A DNA stretch of 64,000 nucleotides from a virus (lineage: Duplodnaviria > Caudoviricetes): the IMG/VR virus record IMGVR_UViG_3300020576_004755, positions 118,850 through 182,849 of that record. The stretch is one strand, 5' to 3'. This document shows, one piece after another, positions 39,103-50,110 of this stretch. The position numbers and the translations under genes are program-made. The notes below the pieces were generated by a model. The model was not told where the DNA came from and made no database searches. It saw nothing but the letters and a program-made list of their open reading frames with translations. Each line of letters starts with the position of its first letter. Position 1 is the stretch's first letter.

Positions 39103-40757
39103 ATAGTAGTATTATCAACAATAACAGAACCTTTGGTCTTGAGTTTGAGCTTGGATATCCAAGCGAGGCTAACTACATTTCCCTTATTCTCGACAACATC
39201 AATGCTCTTGAGAGATTCAGAGACTATGAGTATGATGACGATGAAGAACTTAATGCAGAAGACCCATCAAGAGAAGCTAGAGTAAAGAAGGAATATAACC
39301 TTGTTATCTCTAGAAAACATCCAAAGACGGACTACTACACGGACATTGTTTATTTCCTGTTCAACTTCTTGCAGAAATACTATTATTTCAGAGATTTTGC
39401 AGACCCAGAGCATCCAGACACTTATGAACTTATGCGAGTCATCCTTGACTCTAGAGGTTTTAAAGGATGGGACGTTCACCTTGATTCGTCTATCAAGAAG
39501 CTAAAGCTATCCATGGAGATTGTTACTCCTCCTCTTATGTTCAGTCCAGACTCTATTGGGCAAGTGACTAGGTTCTGCAACTGGATGCAGAAGTATGCCA
39601 TGGTCAATGATACCACGGGTCTTCATTGTCACGTAGACGCAAGGGAGTTCAAAGAAGTTCCTGCTAAGTTCACAGAAAGACTTGTCTTGGCTTTGTTTCA
39701 TTACAAGAGCCTTGAACCTGTTTTTGATAATCTTGTGATGGCACAAAGAAGAGGGAATGAAGCGTACTTTGCTCAAAGCGGTCCAGAGATTGAAAGATTG
39801 CTTAGCATCTACAAGAATGCCATTGTGGATAAGAATGCATACGCAGACGAGCTTATCACAATGTTCCAAGATGAAAGGTACTTCAAGCTCAACCTTCATT
39901 CCCTAGAGAAACATGGTACCTTGGAGTTCCGTCAGATGCACGGAACATTAAATCCAATCCTCGTTAAGAACTGGGTAACTATCTGCGTTAGCTTCGTTAA
40001 CATGATTCTATCCACAGAACACCTGTTCTTGGATCTATTCTCAAAGCTCAACAAGGAGCTGGCAGCAAACCAACAATCCAGCAGCACTCTCCCTAGAGAA
40101 CGAATCGATCATATGATTGAAAGCGGAGAGCAATTCTACACCGTTGGAATACCTTCTGTTATAGCGGTAGCGATAAGAAATGCATTTTATCCTTCTTCTC
40201 CTTCTGGGGGAGATACTGTTGAAAGCAAGAATGCTTCGTTTGTATATAACAAGATAGCAACAGCAAAACCGCCGCAGCTTGGACTCTCGTACGTTGGATT
40301 CATTGAAGACAAACAGCTATATCGCTGGTATCTAGATCTAACCAAGATCAAATCATGGATGGACCAAGTTAGCGGACAGGCTCTTCCTGATACTGTGTTT
40401 CAAGCTCTGCTTCAAAGGGTAAAAAATGGCATTCGTAGATACTATAATGATCCTGAGAACATTTATGTCGAGGCTGCTGATGACCTAGAGACACCTAAGC
40501 TTGTTGCAATCTCTATGACTGAAAATATATTGAATAATCGATTTGGAAGGTTTGAAACAATCGACCGTCTATCCAACAGAAGAGCAAAAGACAACCAAAC
40601 CATTAACCGAGTTGGCCAAGACTTCAAACAAACCCAATATGACCTTGCAAAGAATACACCTGGCATAAACAAGTCTAGAGCAATTGCGCAGGCAAGAAGA
40701 CAAACCGAAAGAAGACCTCTTGCAGAAGATTATCTGGATGAGATAGAACTTTTTTGA
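39099..40757 (+). CDS. putative amidoligase paralog with C-terminal extension
   Basis: TFGLEFE, EIVTPPL, TTGLHCHV, RYFKLN, GTLEFRQ. Confidence 0.85.
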   Translation: MNSSIINNNRTFGLEFELGYPSEANYISLILDNINALERFRDYEYDDDEELNAEDPSREARVKKEYNLVISRKHPKTDYYTDIVYFLFNFLQKYYYFRDFADPEHPDTYELMRVILDSRGFKGWDVHLDSSIKKLKLSMEIVTPPLMFSPDSIGQVTRFCNWMQKYAMVNDTTGLHCHVDAREFKEVPAKFTERLVLALFHYKSLEPVFDNLVMAQRRGNEAYFAQSGPEIERLLSIYKNAIVDKNAYADELITMFQDERYFKLNLHSLEKHGTLEFRQMHGTLNPILVKNWVTICVSFVNMILSTEHLFLDLFSKLNKELAANQQSSSTLPRERIDHMIESGEQFYTVGIPSVIAVAIRNAFYPSSPSGGDTVESKNASFVYNKIATAKPPQLGLSYVGFIEDKQLYRWYLDLTKIKSWMDQVSGQALPDTVFQALLQRVKNGIRRYYNDPENIYVEAADDLETPKLVAISMTENILNNRFGRFETIDRLSNRRAKDNQTINRVGQDFKQTQYDLAKNTPGINKSRAIAQARRQTERRPLAEDYLDEIELF

Positions 40758-40778
40758 TCTTTTGTTGTATACTTATCC

Positions 40779-41783
40779 TTGGCAACACCATCGAAAAGAG
40801 TATATATGCTTGTAACTGACATTCAAAACAGAATTAATTCTGGTGAAAACTTATTTCATTACACTATATTTGATGTAAATCATATTAGTCCACATAAAAA
40901 TGGCATTATATATAAAGTAAAATTTACTATAGATGACAAACAGCAATTAGTTGAATTTGTCGAATCTAGTGGCAAAAGATTTTTGAAAATCAATTTTGCA
41001 GATGGAAGCTTTAAGCATTTATCTGTAATTGGCTATGTATGTGGTCTTACTGCTGACAACAGGGATGCAGTTTGTGGTATTACTAATATTTTTGCAAAAA
41101 ATTACAACGGAAATGAAAATTCCGGTGGAGTGTATAAATTAGTAAATCCAAAAAACAAAAGAACTTACATTGGGAGCGCCAAAGAATTTAAGAGTCGGTG
41201 GGCTGAGCATGAAAGAAAATTGTTAGCTGATCGACACGAAAACAGCTTTTTGCAAAACGATTTTAACAAATGCAATACTGCATTCGAATTTTATATTTTA
41301 GAAGTTGTAGATGACGAACATAGATTGATAGCGGAACAAAAGTATCTAGATCAATATTATGATTATCAAGAACAGTGCTATAACATTAGACAAAGTGTTA
41401 CAAACCAAGGAAAAACGTTTTCTCATACACCAGAAGAAACAAGAGCTAAAAAATCAGCAAACTCAAAAGGAAAACCTAGACCCGCTCATGTTTTAGAAGC
41501 TTTAAGACAAGCTTGCATTGGGAGAAAAATCTCTGATGAAACAAGAGCAAAACAACGCGAAGCTAAGTTGGGTAAAAAGTTAACTCCCGAGCATCGACTC
41601 AAAGCTTTAAAAACACTAAAACCAAGACATAAAGGATTTAGATTGTCTAACGAGACTAGAAAGAAAATCTCCAAATCAAAAATTGGAAAAGTACAATCAG
41701 AAGAGACTAAGAAAAAGATAAGTGAAGCCAATAAAAAAAGATGGTCTGACCGTAAGAAAATGCTGGAGCAAGCAGCTAATTAA
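40779..41783 (+). CDS. GIY-YIG homing endonuclease with NUMOD3-like repeats
   Basis: GVYKLVN..YIGSA..RW.EH, EQKYLD, YNI; repeated S.ETR.K.S; AT-richer than flanks. Confidence 0.85.
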   Translation: MATPSKRVYMLVTDIQNRINSGENLFHYTIFDVNHISPHKNGIIYKVKFTIDDKQQLVEFVESSGKRFLKINFADGSFKHLSVIGYVCGLTADNRDAVCGITNIFAKNYNGNENSGGVYKLVNPKNKRTYIGSAKEFKSRWAEHERKLLADRHENSFLQNDFNKCNTAFEFYILEVVDDEHRLIAEQKYLDQYYDYQEQCYNIRQSVTNQGKTFSHTPEETRAKKSANSKGKPRPAHVLEALRQACIGRKISDETRAKQREAKLGKKLTPEHRLKALKTLKPRHKGFRLSNETRKKISKSKIGKVQSEETKKKISEANKKRWSDRKKMLEQAAN

Positions 41784-41864
41784 AATTGCACCCTATATCG
41801 AGGAATCGCAAGAATATTCTATGGCAGCGTGAGTGCCGAGCAAACTCACAAAATATAAACATGA

Positions 41865-41906
41865 AAACGGGAAGACAGCTTATGCCATCTTCCCGTTTCG
41901 TTTTTC
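41865..41906. terminator. hairpin terminator between convergent genes
   Basis: AAACGGGAAGA...TCTTCCCGTTT with T-run. Confidence 0.6.
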
Positions 41907-41921
41907 TGTATAGAGAAGAGA

Positions 41922-43964
41922 TCAGGCTTCCGAAGCGTCACCTACAACCTTGTCGAAGGCAGCAAGGGTTGTCTTGGTATTCATGAAATCGTTGTGGATG
42001 ATATAGACAGCCTCGCTCTCGTGGAGAAGACGAATCATGTAAGGATAGACCTTACCATCGCGCTCGAAAGCAATGCAATCGAGAACCTGACAGATATCGC
42101 CCTCTGAGAGCATACCGCGTGCCTTGGTGGCAATGAAGAGAGAACCATCTTCCTCGATGATCTTTGGATCGCCGAAAGGCATGGTATGAGTCTCGACGGA
42201 CTGACCCTTCTTGACGGCGAGGAGATCTCCCTCGGTAATGTCGTCAACGTCGGCAATTGCCTCAAGCTTCAACTGCTTAAGACGCTCAAGCTTTTCGTTT
42301 ACTGCCTTGGAAGCTTCATCTTGTGTGGTAGTCATAGGAATATTTCTCTTTCTTCTTCTTATTGTTGTTGTTGTAGTAGTTGGTGGTTAGGAGCAGGAGC
42401 TATTCATATAACCTAACAGACAAACTGAAACGAATAAACCATATGACTCAATTTTCAATTCGAAAAAGACGAATAAGCCTTAATCTTGGCTGGATTCTTC
42501 TGCAAGAGCATCGGCTTCCTCTTGTGAGGTAAGATGGTCGAAGTGCTCAAAAAGCAGACTTTCCTGGGAAGTGTTCTGGACTCTTAGGGTAAAGAGTCTC
42601 TTGTTGTAGAAGAATCTGCATATCCAATTTGGAATAAACTTGGTTTTCCTATCAAGTCTCATGCTTGGAGTAGCTTCTTGAATGTCGGAAAGTATGACAA
42701 TCGCGTTCTTCTTGATATTAAGAACCATTCCGTTGACGTCAATTACGTCAATATCGTTTTTGGAAACAAAGTAATCCCCGGCAATCGGTTTCCTTATGAT
42801 TTGCTTTGCCTTCATATTTGAGGAAGAATCTACCATGGGTCTTTCAAGATATCCGTTTCTTCTTGGTCGATGAATATTTGTTATTATCCGTGAGCGAAGG
42901 GAGGTGGTCTTTTTTTTCTTCTTGCTCTTGTTGGTTTTCATGCTCTACAAGAATATCTGCAATGTACTGATATGAGCAGAATATCTCTTCTGGATTTTCA
43001 TTCCAACAGCTAGCGGACCACATCTTGTTGCGATACATAAGCGTCAACTTGTATCCCAAGAGAGTTGTCTTGTCATTTGTAAATGCGCGAGGAGGTATGA
43101 TTGGTTCGGCTTCGATCAAGGTGATCGGATCGTAGTTGTCTCTTAACTCGCTAATAGGTATTCCTCCAAACTGAGTAAGGGTATTGTGATCCCAAACCGT
43201 TGTCACAACGTAATCTGAACGATCTTCTTCAATGCCAAGAAGAGAATTGAAATGCAGAGTATCTGCATCTATGCTTGGAGGTTGCTTTGGAATTCTCGTG
43301 CTAAAGTCTATCTCTGTTAGAATAACGGGGCACTTAACAAAAATCAGATCTCCTGGCTGAAAGGGAAAGGGTTTGTTTGGTGATGATGATGCTATTGTTA
43401 GCGGACGCTTGCTTTTCTTGCTATTGCTGCTTCTGTTGGAGGAGGTTAATGTTGCCATTTGAGTTTCTTCTTCTTCTTCTTTTCTACATCAGTTGATTGT
43501 ATCTAACGAAAACAAAGAAGTATATCAAACTACTCAACAATTATTTTGTAATCAAGCAAAAACCCGTCAACAGTTTTGTAAATCTCGGTTGCCCAAATCG
43601 CATTATCGTACATGAAATAAGCAACAACGGTCTGATGGTCTGCTGCATGAAGATGTTGTTGAGTTGATGGGTGTTCCTTGATCAACTCTTCGCTTGTTGG
43701 GTAATAGTGAATATGGGACGGACTATTGAAGAAATGGACGATGAACAGAAACTCGTCACCAGTAAGATTCAAGAACTTGTCCGTGACAAGATGATGCTGG
43801 TAGACCTCTTCACCGTTCCTGTTGTTGAAGCCGTCATGAAGAATGTTGAGAGCTTCAAAAGGCATCTTATAGATTCTTGGAGTAGAATCCTTTCTTGCTT
43901 GAACAATCGCTCCGGGCTTGTACTTGAGCTTACTGTCCACTGAACTAGGTAATGAAGATGACAT
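41922..43964 (-). other. four hypothetical genes (41922-42335, 42480-42941, 42844-43458, 43530-43964)
   Basis: long ORFs; promoter 42410-42439. Confidence 0.6.
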
Positions 43965-44254
43965 ACAAGCAATAAGTATCTTCTCTCTTCCCTTCTTCTA
44001 CTGTTATATAAGGTTCCACTAATAAAGAAATCACAAATATTTTCCAATAATATGGATAGTTCTTTATTGATATCCACTCTCATGTTATGGTTAAGTTCAA
44101 ATGGACAACTTCCTCTTTGCATTCTTGGTTTCACTGATAGTAGGATTACCGCTAACTTTCGTAGCTTCATTCTACTACTTCATCGTGATTCCAGACAAAA
44201 AAGAGGCAGAAGAGTCTATATCGGACAAAGAGATAAGGGATTTTCATAACCATC

Positions 44255-44611
44255 ATGACGTTTAACGGACACAACCTAGAAATTGACAAGACTCTCTTCA
44301 TTCCAAAGGATGAGGGATTTGAGGCAATTGTTTCTTATGGACCAAATATGGAAATCTCCTTGGACAAGGAAGCTATGATTTTGGAAATGGTCCATGCAAG
44401 TCATGGCATTTACAAGACTGCCTTTCAATCATCTGACGTTAGGTATGTATTGTATTGGTTTCGCTATCAACGAAATCTAAAACGATTCCTAAACACTTTC
44501 TCTGGCAGGACTACCCTGTTCAATGGATGGTCTGCCGAAGAGTTTCTAAAACAAAACGAATTTCATTTGTCTGAATATGGTTTACTTTCTGATAACAAGC
44601 TGTTAGATTGA
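44255..44611 (+). CDS. hypothetical protein
   Basis: ORF. Confidence 0.55.
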   Translation: MTFNGHNLEIDKTLFIPKDEGFEAIVSYGPNMEISLDKEAMILEMVHASHGIYKTAFQSSDVRYVLYWFRYQRNLKRFLNTFSGRTTLFNGWSAEEFLKQNEFHLSEYGLLSDNKLLD

Positions 44612-44688
44612 GACTTGTAAACTTCTTTCTACATACACCTCCTCCAAACCAACAAATAACAATTAACATACAATAGGACACGAACAAT

Positions 44689-45270
44689 ATGGATCGCAAA
44701 CAACTTAAGACAGTATTCCAAGGCATTAACGCTGGTGACACCCTAACCGTTAACTTTGGCGGAACTCGTGGCACCGAAACTCTAAAGGTGCTCAATAAGT
44801 GCGTTTGGAAGGGTAAGGGAGGTTCGCTTCTTGCCGAATGTCTGAATACAGCCACAAACGAAAAATTGAACATCGGAACGTTCTCAGCCGATCAGGTTGT
44901 AAACATTGCCGTCAATGACGGTGAAACTGTTGGACTTCCCGTTGGAACTTCTCTTCCAAAGGTCTATAAGACCGACGCAGCAAAGACCGTTGCTCTAAAA
45001 ACCCAATTCCTTGGGCTTATGAGCCAACTTAAGACCGCAACTCTTACCGTCGAGGTCGAAGCTGCCTCTGCGCCAGAGCTTGAGGGCAAGTTCACTGTTA
45101 AGAACATTCGTCGTACCCCAGGACGCAATGGTCCCGTAGTCATGGATCTTGTTAGCCTCACTGATGGCAAGACCGAAAGCACAATCTCTTCAAGCCGTCA
45201 TTCTGGCGTCATCGACCGCATCATCGTTAGCTCGGAAGAGCTTGAGTCCACAGAAGATACAGAGATCTGA
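44689..45270 (+). CDS. hypothetical protein
   Basis: ORF with AGGA RBS, followed by hairpin 45303-45332. Confidence 0.75.
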   Translation: MDRKQLKTVFQGINAGDTLTVNFGGTRGTETLKVLNKCVWKGKGGSLLAECLNTATNEKLNIGTFSADQVVNIAVNDGETVGLPVGTSLPKVYKTDAAKTVALKTQFLGLMSQLKTATLTVEVEAASAPELEGKFTVKNIRRTPGRNGPVVMDLVSLTDGKTESTISSSRHSGVIDRIIVSSEELESTEDTEI

Positions 45271-45341
45271 GAAAAAGCTTTCTCAACAGCACAGAATAAT
45301 GATATGCCGAGGATCGAAAGGTTCTCGGCATACTTATTTCT

Positions 45342-46003
45342 ATGGGGTTGAAATACATCAAAGGTTTGGCAGTCCTTGCCAAAGATTCTTTCATTGAAGT
45401 GAACATGACTTCAAAAGGGCGCTATAACCTCAAAAGTTCCATAGAAGCCTATTACAGCCTTTTAGACCTTTACGATGAAACCATGCAAAACGTTTCTGAC
45501 AAGGGTGTCATTGGTTGTGGTTTTGCTCCCGGAAGGTTTGAACACCAATACGAGGCAATCACTTTTTACTACAAGGGTGTCGAGGTCATTTACATTTTTC
45601 CTTGGGAAAAATCAAAGAAAAACAAGACCCATTCGTTCATTGACACCAAATACGGTTATTTGTTTGACGATTTTTACGAATATGTCAAGTTCAGATATGC
45701 AAAAGAGAATTTTGACAAATAGTTATTGGTACCAACGAAGACTTCTATTCTTGGACGAAAGGATATCTCAACACTACTATGGCATTACCAATTTTCCCAT
45801 TCACAGTTTCCGCAACATCATCCTACGTCAGTGGCTCCGGCGCTAACGGAACTGTTTACGTAGGTATCCAAGGCATTGCTAGCGGTTCATTCGAGCTAGT
45901 TAACTTTGGAAACCCAACAGTGCTCTTTGCAATCGCAGCATCAGCAATTCCAGCACTTACCGGAACCTTGTCAGCTTCTTACTCTAGAAGCCTTAACGTC
46001 TGA
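45342..46003 (+). other. two hypothetical genes (45342-45722, 45779-46003)
   Basis: ORFs; second is Ser/Gly/Ala-rich. Confidence 0.5.
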
Positions 46004-46112
46004 AATTAAGACTTAACCTCTAGAGAAAAATAGCTAACAAACAACAAAAATAATGCAAAACAAGCTCTAGGATTTACTTCTAGGGCTTTTCTGCTATACT
46101 CATATACATCAT

Positions 46113-46191
46113 GCACCTGTATCGGAACCGCCTTCTAAGCGGTAGTACCGTAAGTGGATCAATGAAGGTTCGAGTCCTTCCGGGTGTGCCA
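46113..46191 (+). tRNA. atypical tRNA-Arg(TCT) lacking a D-arm
   Basis: acceptor GCACCTG/CGGGTGT, ACCGC-CTTCTAA-GCGGT, T-arm GAAGG-TTCGAGT-CCTTC, CCA. Confidence 0.65.
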
Positions 46192-46195
46192 ATTT

Positions 46196-46290
46196 GGAAA
46201 GTTGACAGAGTGGTCAATTGTGCTCGCTTGGAAAGCGAGAAGTCGTATGAAAAATGCGGCTCAGAGGTTCGAACCCTCTACTTTCCGCCA
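46196..46290 (+). tRNA. tRNA-Ser(GGA)
   Basis: cloverleaf, long variable arm, GCCA. Confidence 0.9.
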
Positions 46291-46405
46291 ATGATGAACA
46301 GCAATAACAAACTTGCCATACCATTCTGGTTGGTAACAACATCAGTGATAATGGTCTGTATTCAGACTGTTATCTTTTTTGTTTTCTAAGCAACGGAAAA
46401 TACAT

Positions 46406-46633
46406 ATGTCAGACAACAAAGTCCTCACCACAAAAGTAAATTCAAGCAACATCGAAGAAGTGTCATACGATCCTCTTATGAGCAACCTCACGGTTAAGTT
46501 CTTGAACGGCTCAAAGTATGAGTTCGTTTCCGTGCCAAAGCAAGAGTACGAAAACATCGTCACGGCACCAAGCGTGGGACGCTATTTCCAGGCTAATATC
46601 AAGGGAAAGTACGACTTTTTGAAGCTTGGTTGA
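46406..46633 (+). CDS. KTSC domain protein
   Basis: VNSSNIEEVSYD..L.V.F.NG..Y....VP...Y......PSVGRYF. Confidence 0.9.
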   Translation: MSDNKVLTTKVNSSNIEEVSYDPLMSNLTVKFLNGSKYEFVSVPKQEYENIVTAPSVGRYFQANIKGKYDFLKLG

Positions 46634-46696
46634 CCATTTTAGATATCCAAATTGACTCAAAAGTCCTAGACTAATAGACTATTTGGATAAATCAAT

Positions 46697-47044
46697 ATGA
46701 GTACAACAACAAGCGAAAAAAATAGTCAAGAACAAGATAGCGGTACAGGCAAAGTACGACTTTACAAAAGTCAAATAAGAAAACTTTGCTCTTGGTACAC
46801 AGATCAAGTTCTGCTTGAGAACCCTAGCCTAAGCAATAGGCTTATCACACCAGCGTTCATGTTAGAGGTTGAACGTGCCTTGGAGTTAATCCAAAAGAAA
46901 AGACAGAAATACGAACCACAAAATACTGTGTGGACCATTCCCGTTAAGCCTGTCTATGATAGAGCCCATCATACTTTTGAAGTTGATGTAGCTGACTATA
47001 ACACTATCTTGATTGTGGATTTTGAGAATCCGAACTCATATTGA
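46697..47044 (+). CDS. hypothetical protein
   Basis: ORF. Confidence 0.6.
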   Translation: MSTTTSEKNSQEQDSGTGKVRLYKSQIRKLCSWYTDQVLLENPSLSNRLITPAFMLEVERALELIQKKRQKYEPQNTVWTIPVKPVYDRAHHTFEVDVADYNTILIVDFENPNSY

Positions 47045-47071
47045 TTTTACCAAAGTAACAAGGGTAAAATC

Positions 47072-47896
47072 ATGAAAATAACAAACACAAAAAAGCAAAC
47101 AAAAGCCATCAGAAAATATGTAATTGGAATGCTCGCTGCGATTCTTAGCTTGTCGATGATAGTGTCAACAGCAAAATCTCAGCCATTGATGACAACTGTG
47201 GGAAGCCATATTGATCACAATACGGTAACGCAGCAGCAACAACAAATGGTTGTGTCTTCAACAATTCCAGTTGCGTATGAGAGTGGAATTTACTACAGCA
47301 TCTTGAAGGAAGCTACAAAGCTAGCCATTCTTGAACAGCTTGTAATTTCCCACAATCCAGAGACAGGCGAGACTGTTTACAGCAAGTCCTGCATGGATAG
47401 AATCTATGGATGCGAAGCGCATATAGAATCTGTCGTTGATATGTTCTTTGAACAGCACTACAGAAGAGGCATCGATCCTCTTGTGCTTGCAGCAATTGCA
47501 AAACATGAAACAAACTTCAATCCATTTGCCGTTAACGAAAGAACAAGAGCGGCAGGTCTGTTGCAGCTAATGCCAGGAAGCAGATTTGCAGAAGGCATTT
47601 CTTTCATTCATTCGGCTCAAGTAAGGGCAAGATGTGCCAACTCCTACAACGCTTGTCAGGAAGAAGTTGTAGATGCCTCTGTAACGCTCCTAGAACGCTC
47701 TATAAGGCGTTGCGATAACTCTTTGAGAGAAGGACTAGGCATGTACGGCTCGGGCTCCTGTGAGGGTTCTAGACGCTTTGCCAGCTATGTCATAAGATTG
47801 TCAAATCATCTTAGACAACGAAGAGATTTCTATATGACCCAATTATCGGAAGCGTATAATCACAACTATTGTGACGGCGAAGTTTATTCTCTCTGA
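47072..47896 (+). CDS. SLT-family lytic transglycosylase with N-terminal signal/anchor
   Basis: IDPLVLAAIAKHETNFNPFA, AAGLLQLMP. Confidence 0.85.
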   Translation: MKITNTKKQTKAIRKYVIGMLAAILSLSMIVSTAKSQPLMTTVGSHIDHNTVTQQQQQMVVSSTIPVAYESGIYYSILKEATKLAILEQLVISHNPETGETVYSKSCMDRIYGCEAHIESVVDMFFEQHYRRGIDPLVLAAIAKHETNFNPFAVNERTRAAGLLQLMPGSRFAEGISFIHSAQVRARCANSYNACQEEVVDASVTLLERSIRRCDNSLREGLGMYGSGSCEGSRRFASYVIRLSNHLRQRRDFYMTQLSEAYNHNYCDGEVYSL

Positions 47897-47917
47897 ATCG
47901 GGGGTTATCATATAACC

Positions 47918-48715
47918 ATGACAAAAGCAAAAAAGCCAGTTGATCCAACCACAATGCCAGGATTTTCTATTTACGACAATACCCTACAACGGTTTTTCGT
48001 AAACGATGCCTATTTCTATCTGAGAAACAAGTATCAGGTTCATTGGTATCGGAAGAGGCTTATGGCAAACGCTATCAACAAGCTCAATCTTGTTGATTGG
48101 AGACACAGAGACTTGTCGAAAGTAAGGGCATTGTCAAATGCCTTTGACAAGCATGTTCTTCAAGCCAGAACGGTGTTTACGCCTGTCAAAAATATTCCGG
48201 GGTTTGCAGCTAGAGTAACTGTTACTCCAGACACGTCGTTTACGATTTGGAATGCAGAAAATGGCGAGATTCTGCTGCCGGATAATATCAAGTACAAAGA
48301 AACGACAAAGATGGTAAATTTCACAGACTGGCAGTATGTCAATGTTTTAACGGGAGGTCATCCAGCTACGCTTATTGATAGCTTGCATCTTCTTCCGTTA
48401 GAGATTGATGATAAGAGTCCGCACTATGGAAAGAAGATTTGCTTCACAGGCAAGTCATCTCTTCAAAGAGAAACTCTTGAGTATCTTACGCTTGTTTTCG
48501 GTGCAACATATCAAGCTGCTGCTTCTGGACAAACAAACTATCTTGTGGTTCCCGCTGGTGGAGCTACAAGACTCACAGGAAAGCTAAAGCTTGTCGCTGA
48601 ACGGAACAAGACCGTATCAGAAGATAAGAAGACGAAAATCATTGAGGAGGCTGACTTCATCAACCTCCTCCCGGATTTGGATAACTCCATAGATCTGACT
48701 CAGTTTATTATCTGA
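47918..48715 (+). CDS. BRCT-domain protein
   Basis: C-terminal GKKICFTG..R..L....G......TNYLVV...K.....IIEE..F. Confidence 0.7.
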   Translation: MTKAKKPVDPTTMPGFSIYDNTLQRFFVNDAYFYLRNKYQVHWYRKRLMANAINKLNLVDWRHRDLSKVRALSNAFDKHVLQARTVFTPVKNIPGFAARVTVTPDTSFTIWNAENGEILLPDNIKYKETTKMVNFTDWQYVNVLTGGHPATLIDSLHLLPLEIDDKSPHYGKKICFTGKSSLQRETLEYLTLVFGATYQAAASGQTNYLVVPAGGATRLTGKLKLVAERNKTVSEDKKTKIIEEADFINLLPDLDNSIDLTQFII

Positions 48716-48729
48716 GCCTGAAAAACAGA

Positions 48730-49065
48730 TCAGCTTTCTCTCTTGAGGTTCTCGTGGGCTTGTACTACGAGATCCCCTAGCTTTTTGACCAGACCAACTC
48801 TTGCAAGGATAAAGCGATTTCTTTCGCCAACCTTAGCAGAGCCAAGAATGTCCTTTGCCATAAGCTCAGAACCTTCATTGCGAAGAGCCGCCGCTTCTTC
48901 AACAATGTCAGTCAAGAACTTGTCAATCTTTGTAGCGTAAGCAACAAGCTCGCCGTCGTCAGAAGGAAGAAGTTCCTTAAGTTCATCTGAAGCATCCTTG
49001 CCTTCGTTGATAACTTGCTTAACAAGCTTTCTAATATCTTCTGCGGTTAGTTTCCTATTTGTCAT
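48730..49065 (-). CDS. hypothetical, possible head-associated protein
   Basis: N-terminal IRKLVKQVINE. Confidence 0.6.
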   Translation of the reverse strand: MTNRKLTAEDIRKLVKQVINEGKDASDELKELLPSDDGELVAYATKIDKFLTDIVEEAAALRNEGSELMAKDILGSAKVGERNRFILARVGLVKKLGDLVVQAHENLKRES

Positions 49066-49412
49066 TTTGCTACCTGGGCTTCCTGTTGGCTATTGCGTGG
49101 GAATGGTGTGAGTTTAAGAACAGCTTCCTTGATTGCGTCTTCAATCTTTTGTTTCATATCAGAAACAACGTCCATGTACTTTGCTTGAAGTTGAGGACTC
49201 ATCTTGTTTGGATCAACAATATCCAAAGACTTGATGATGATGTTCTGTTCAATCTCTTTCATGATGATTGCCTCAAGACTTGCCATAATCTGTCTTCTGG
49301 CAAATAGATCTGAGCTTTCTGCAAGCTTATACACAGCCTGTGGATCGGTCTTCATTCTTTCAATAAGAGCTTCGCGAATGATTGCTCTCACTTCTTTTTC
49401 TTTGATTTTCAT
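49062..49412 (-). CDS. hypothetical, possible head-associated protein
   Basis: N-terminal VRAIIREALIE. Confidence 0.6.
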   Translation of the reverse strand: MKIKEKEVRAIIREALIERMKTDPQAVYKLAESSDLFARRQIMASLEAIIMKEIEQNIIIKSLDIVDPNKMSPQLQAKYMDVVSDMKQKIEDAIKEAVLKLTPFPRNSQQEAQVAK

Positions 49413-49438
49413 TACAAAATACCCCTAGTTTTCTTTAA

Positions 49439-49996
49439 TTATGCTCCAAGCAAGAACTTCTCTATGTAATCAGCCACTTTGTCAAGTTCAGGGACTTGCT
49501 CTTCTCTAAGCTTCTCTGCTACAGCGAGTGCTTGATATTTCTTTTGTGGATCGAGTAATCCAAAGTCTTGAAGATAGCCCTTGGCTAGTTTAACCAAGTC
49601 TATAGTGCCTCTTCCTTGGTCGGCATCCATTTCTTCTATTACCTTGTCAACGACACCTTGAGTGAGGTCTTCTGGCTTCTGTTCAGAGTCTTCGTCGTTG
49701 TCTGACGAGTCATCTTCGCCATCAGTAGCGGTTGGATCATCTGGCATTCCGTCACCATCAAGATCCATTGGAGGTGCTCCTCCCATGGCTGCTGGATCGT
49801 CTCCAAGTGGAGAAGGCATAGGTGCAGCAGCGTTTGGATCCGCTACAGGTGGTGCTGGTGGAGCATTCGGATCAAGTGGAGGAACGGGAGGTGCTGGTGG
49901 CTGTTGTTGTTCTGACAACATTCTGGTGATTGTTGCCTTAACCATTTCCTTCAACAGAAACTTTGCCTTGTCATTTTTTTTGGAGTTATGCATCAT
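49439..49996 (-). CDS. Pro/Asp-rich scaffold-like protein
   Basis: LKEMVKATITRMLSE then PPAPP and acidic tract. Confidence 0.65.
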   Translation of the reverse strand: MMHNSKKNDKAKFLLKEMVKATITRMLSEQQQPPAPPVPPLDPNAPPAPPVADPNAAAPMPSPLGDDPAAMGGAPPMDLDGDGMPDDPTATDGEDDSSDNDEDSEQKPEDLTQGVVDKVIEEMDADQGRGTIDLVKLAKGYLQDFGLLDPQKKYQALAVAEKLREEQVPELDKVADYIEKFLLGA

Positions 49997-50110
49997 TGTA
50001 GTAAATAGTTGTCTTTAGGGCTCATTTCTAGCCTCAAATAAGAAAAGGCTCTGTCGATTAACAACAGAGCCAATTATTGCTGATAGAGCCTACTATTTAG
50101 ATGGCTTCAA

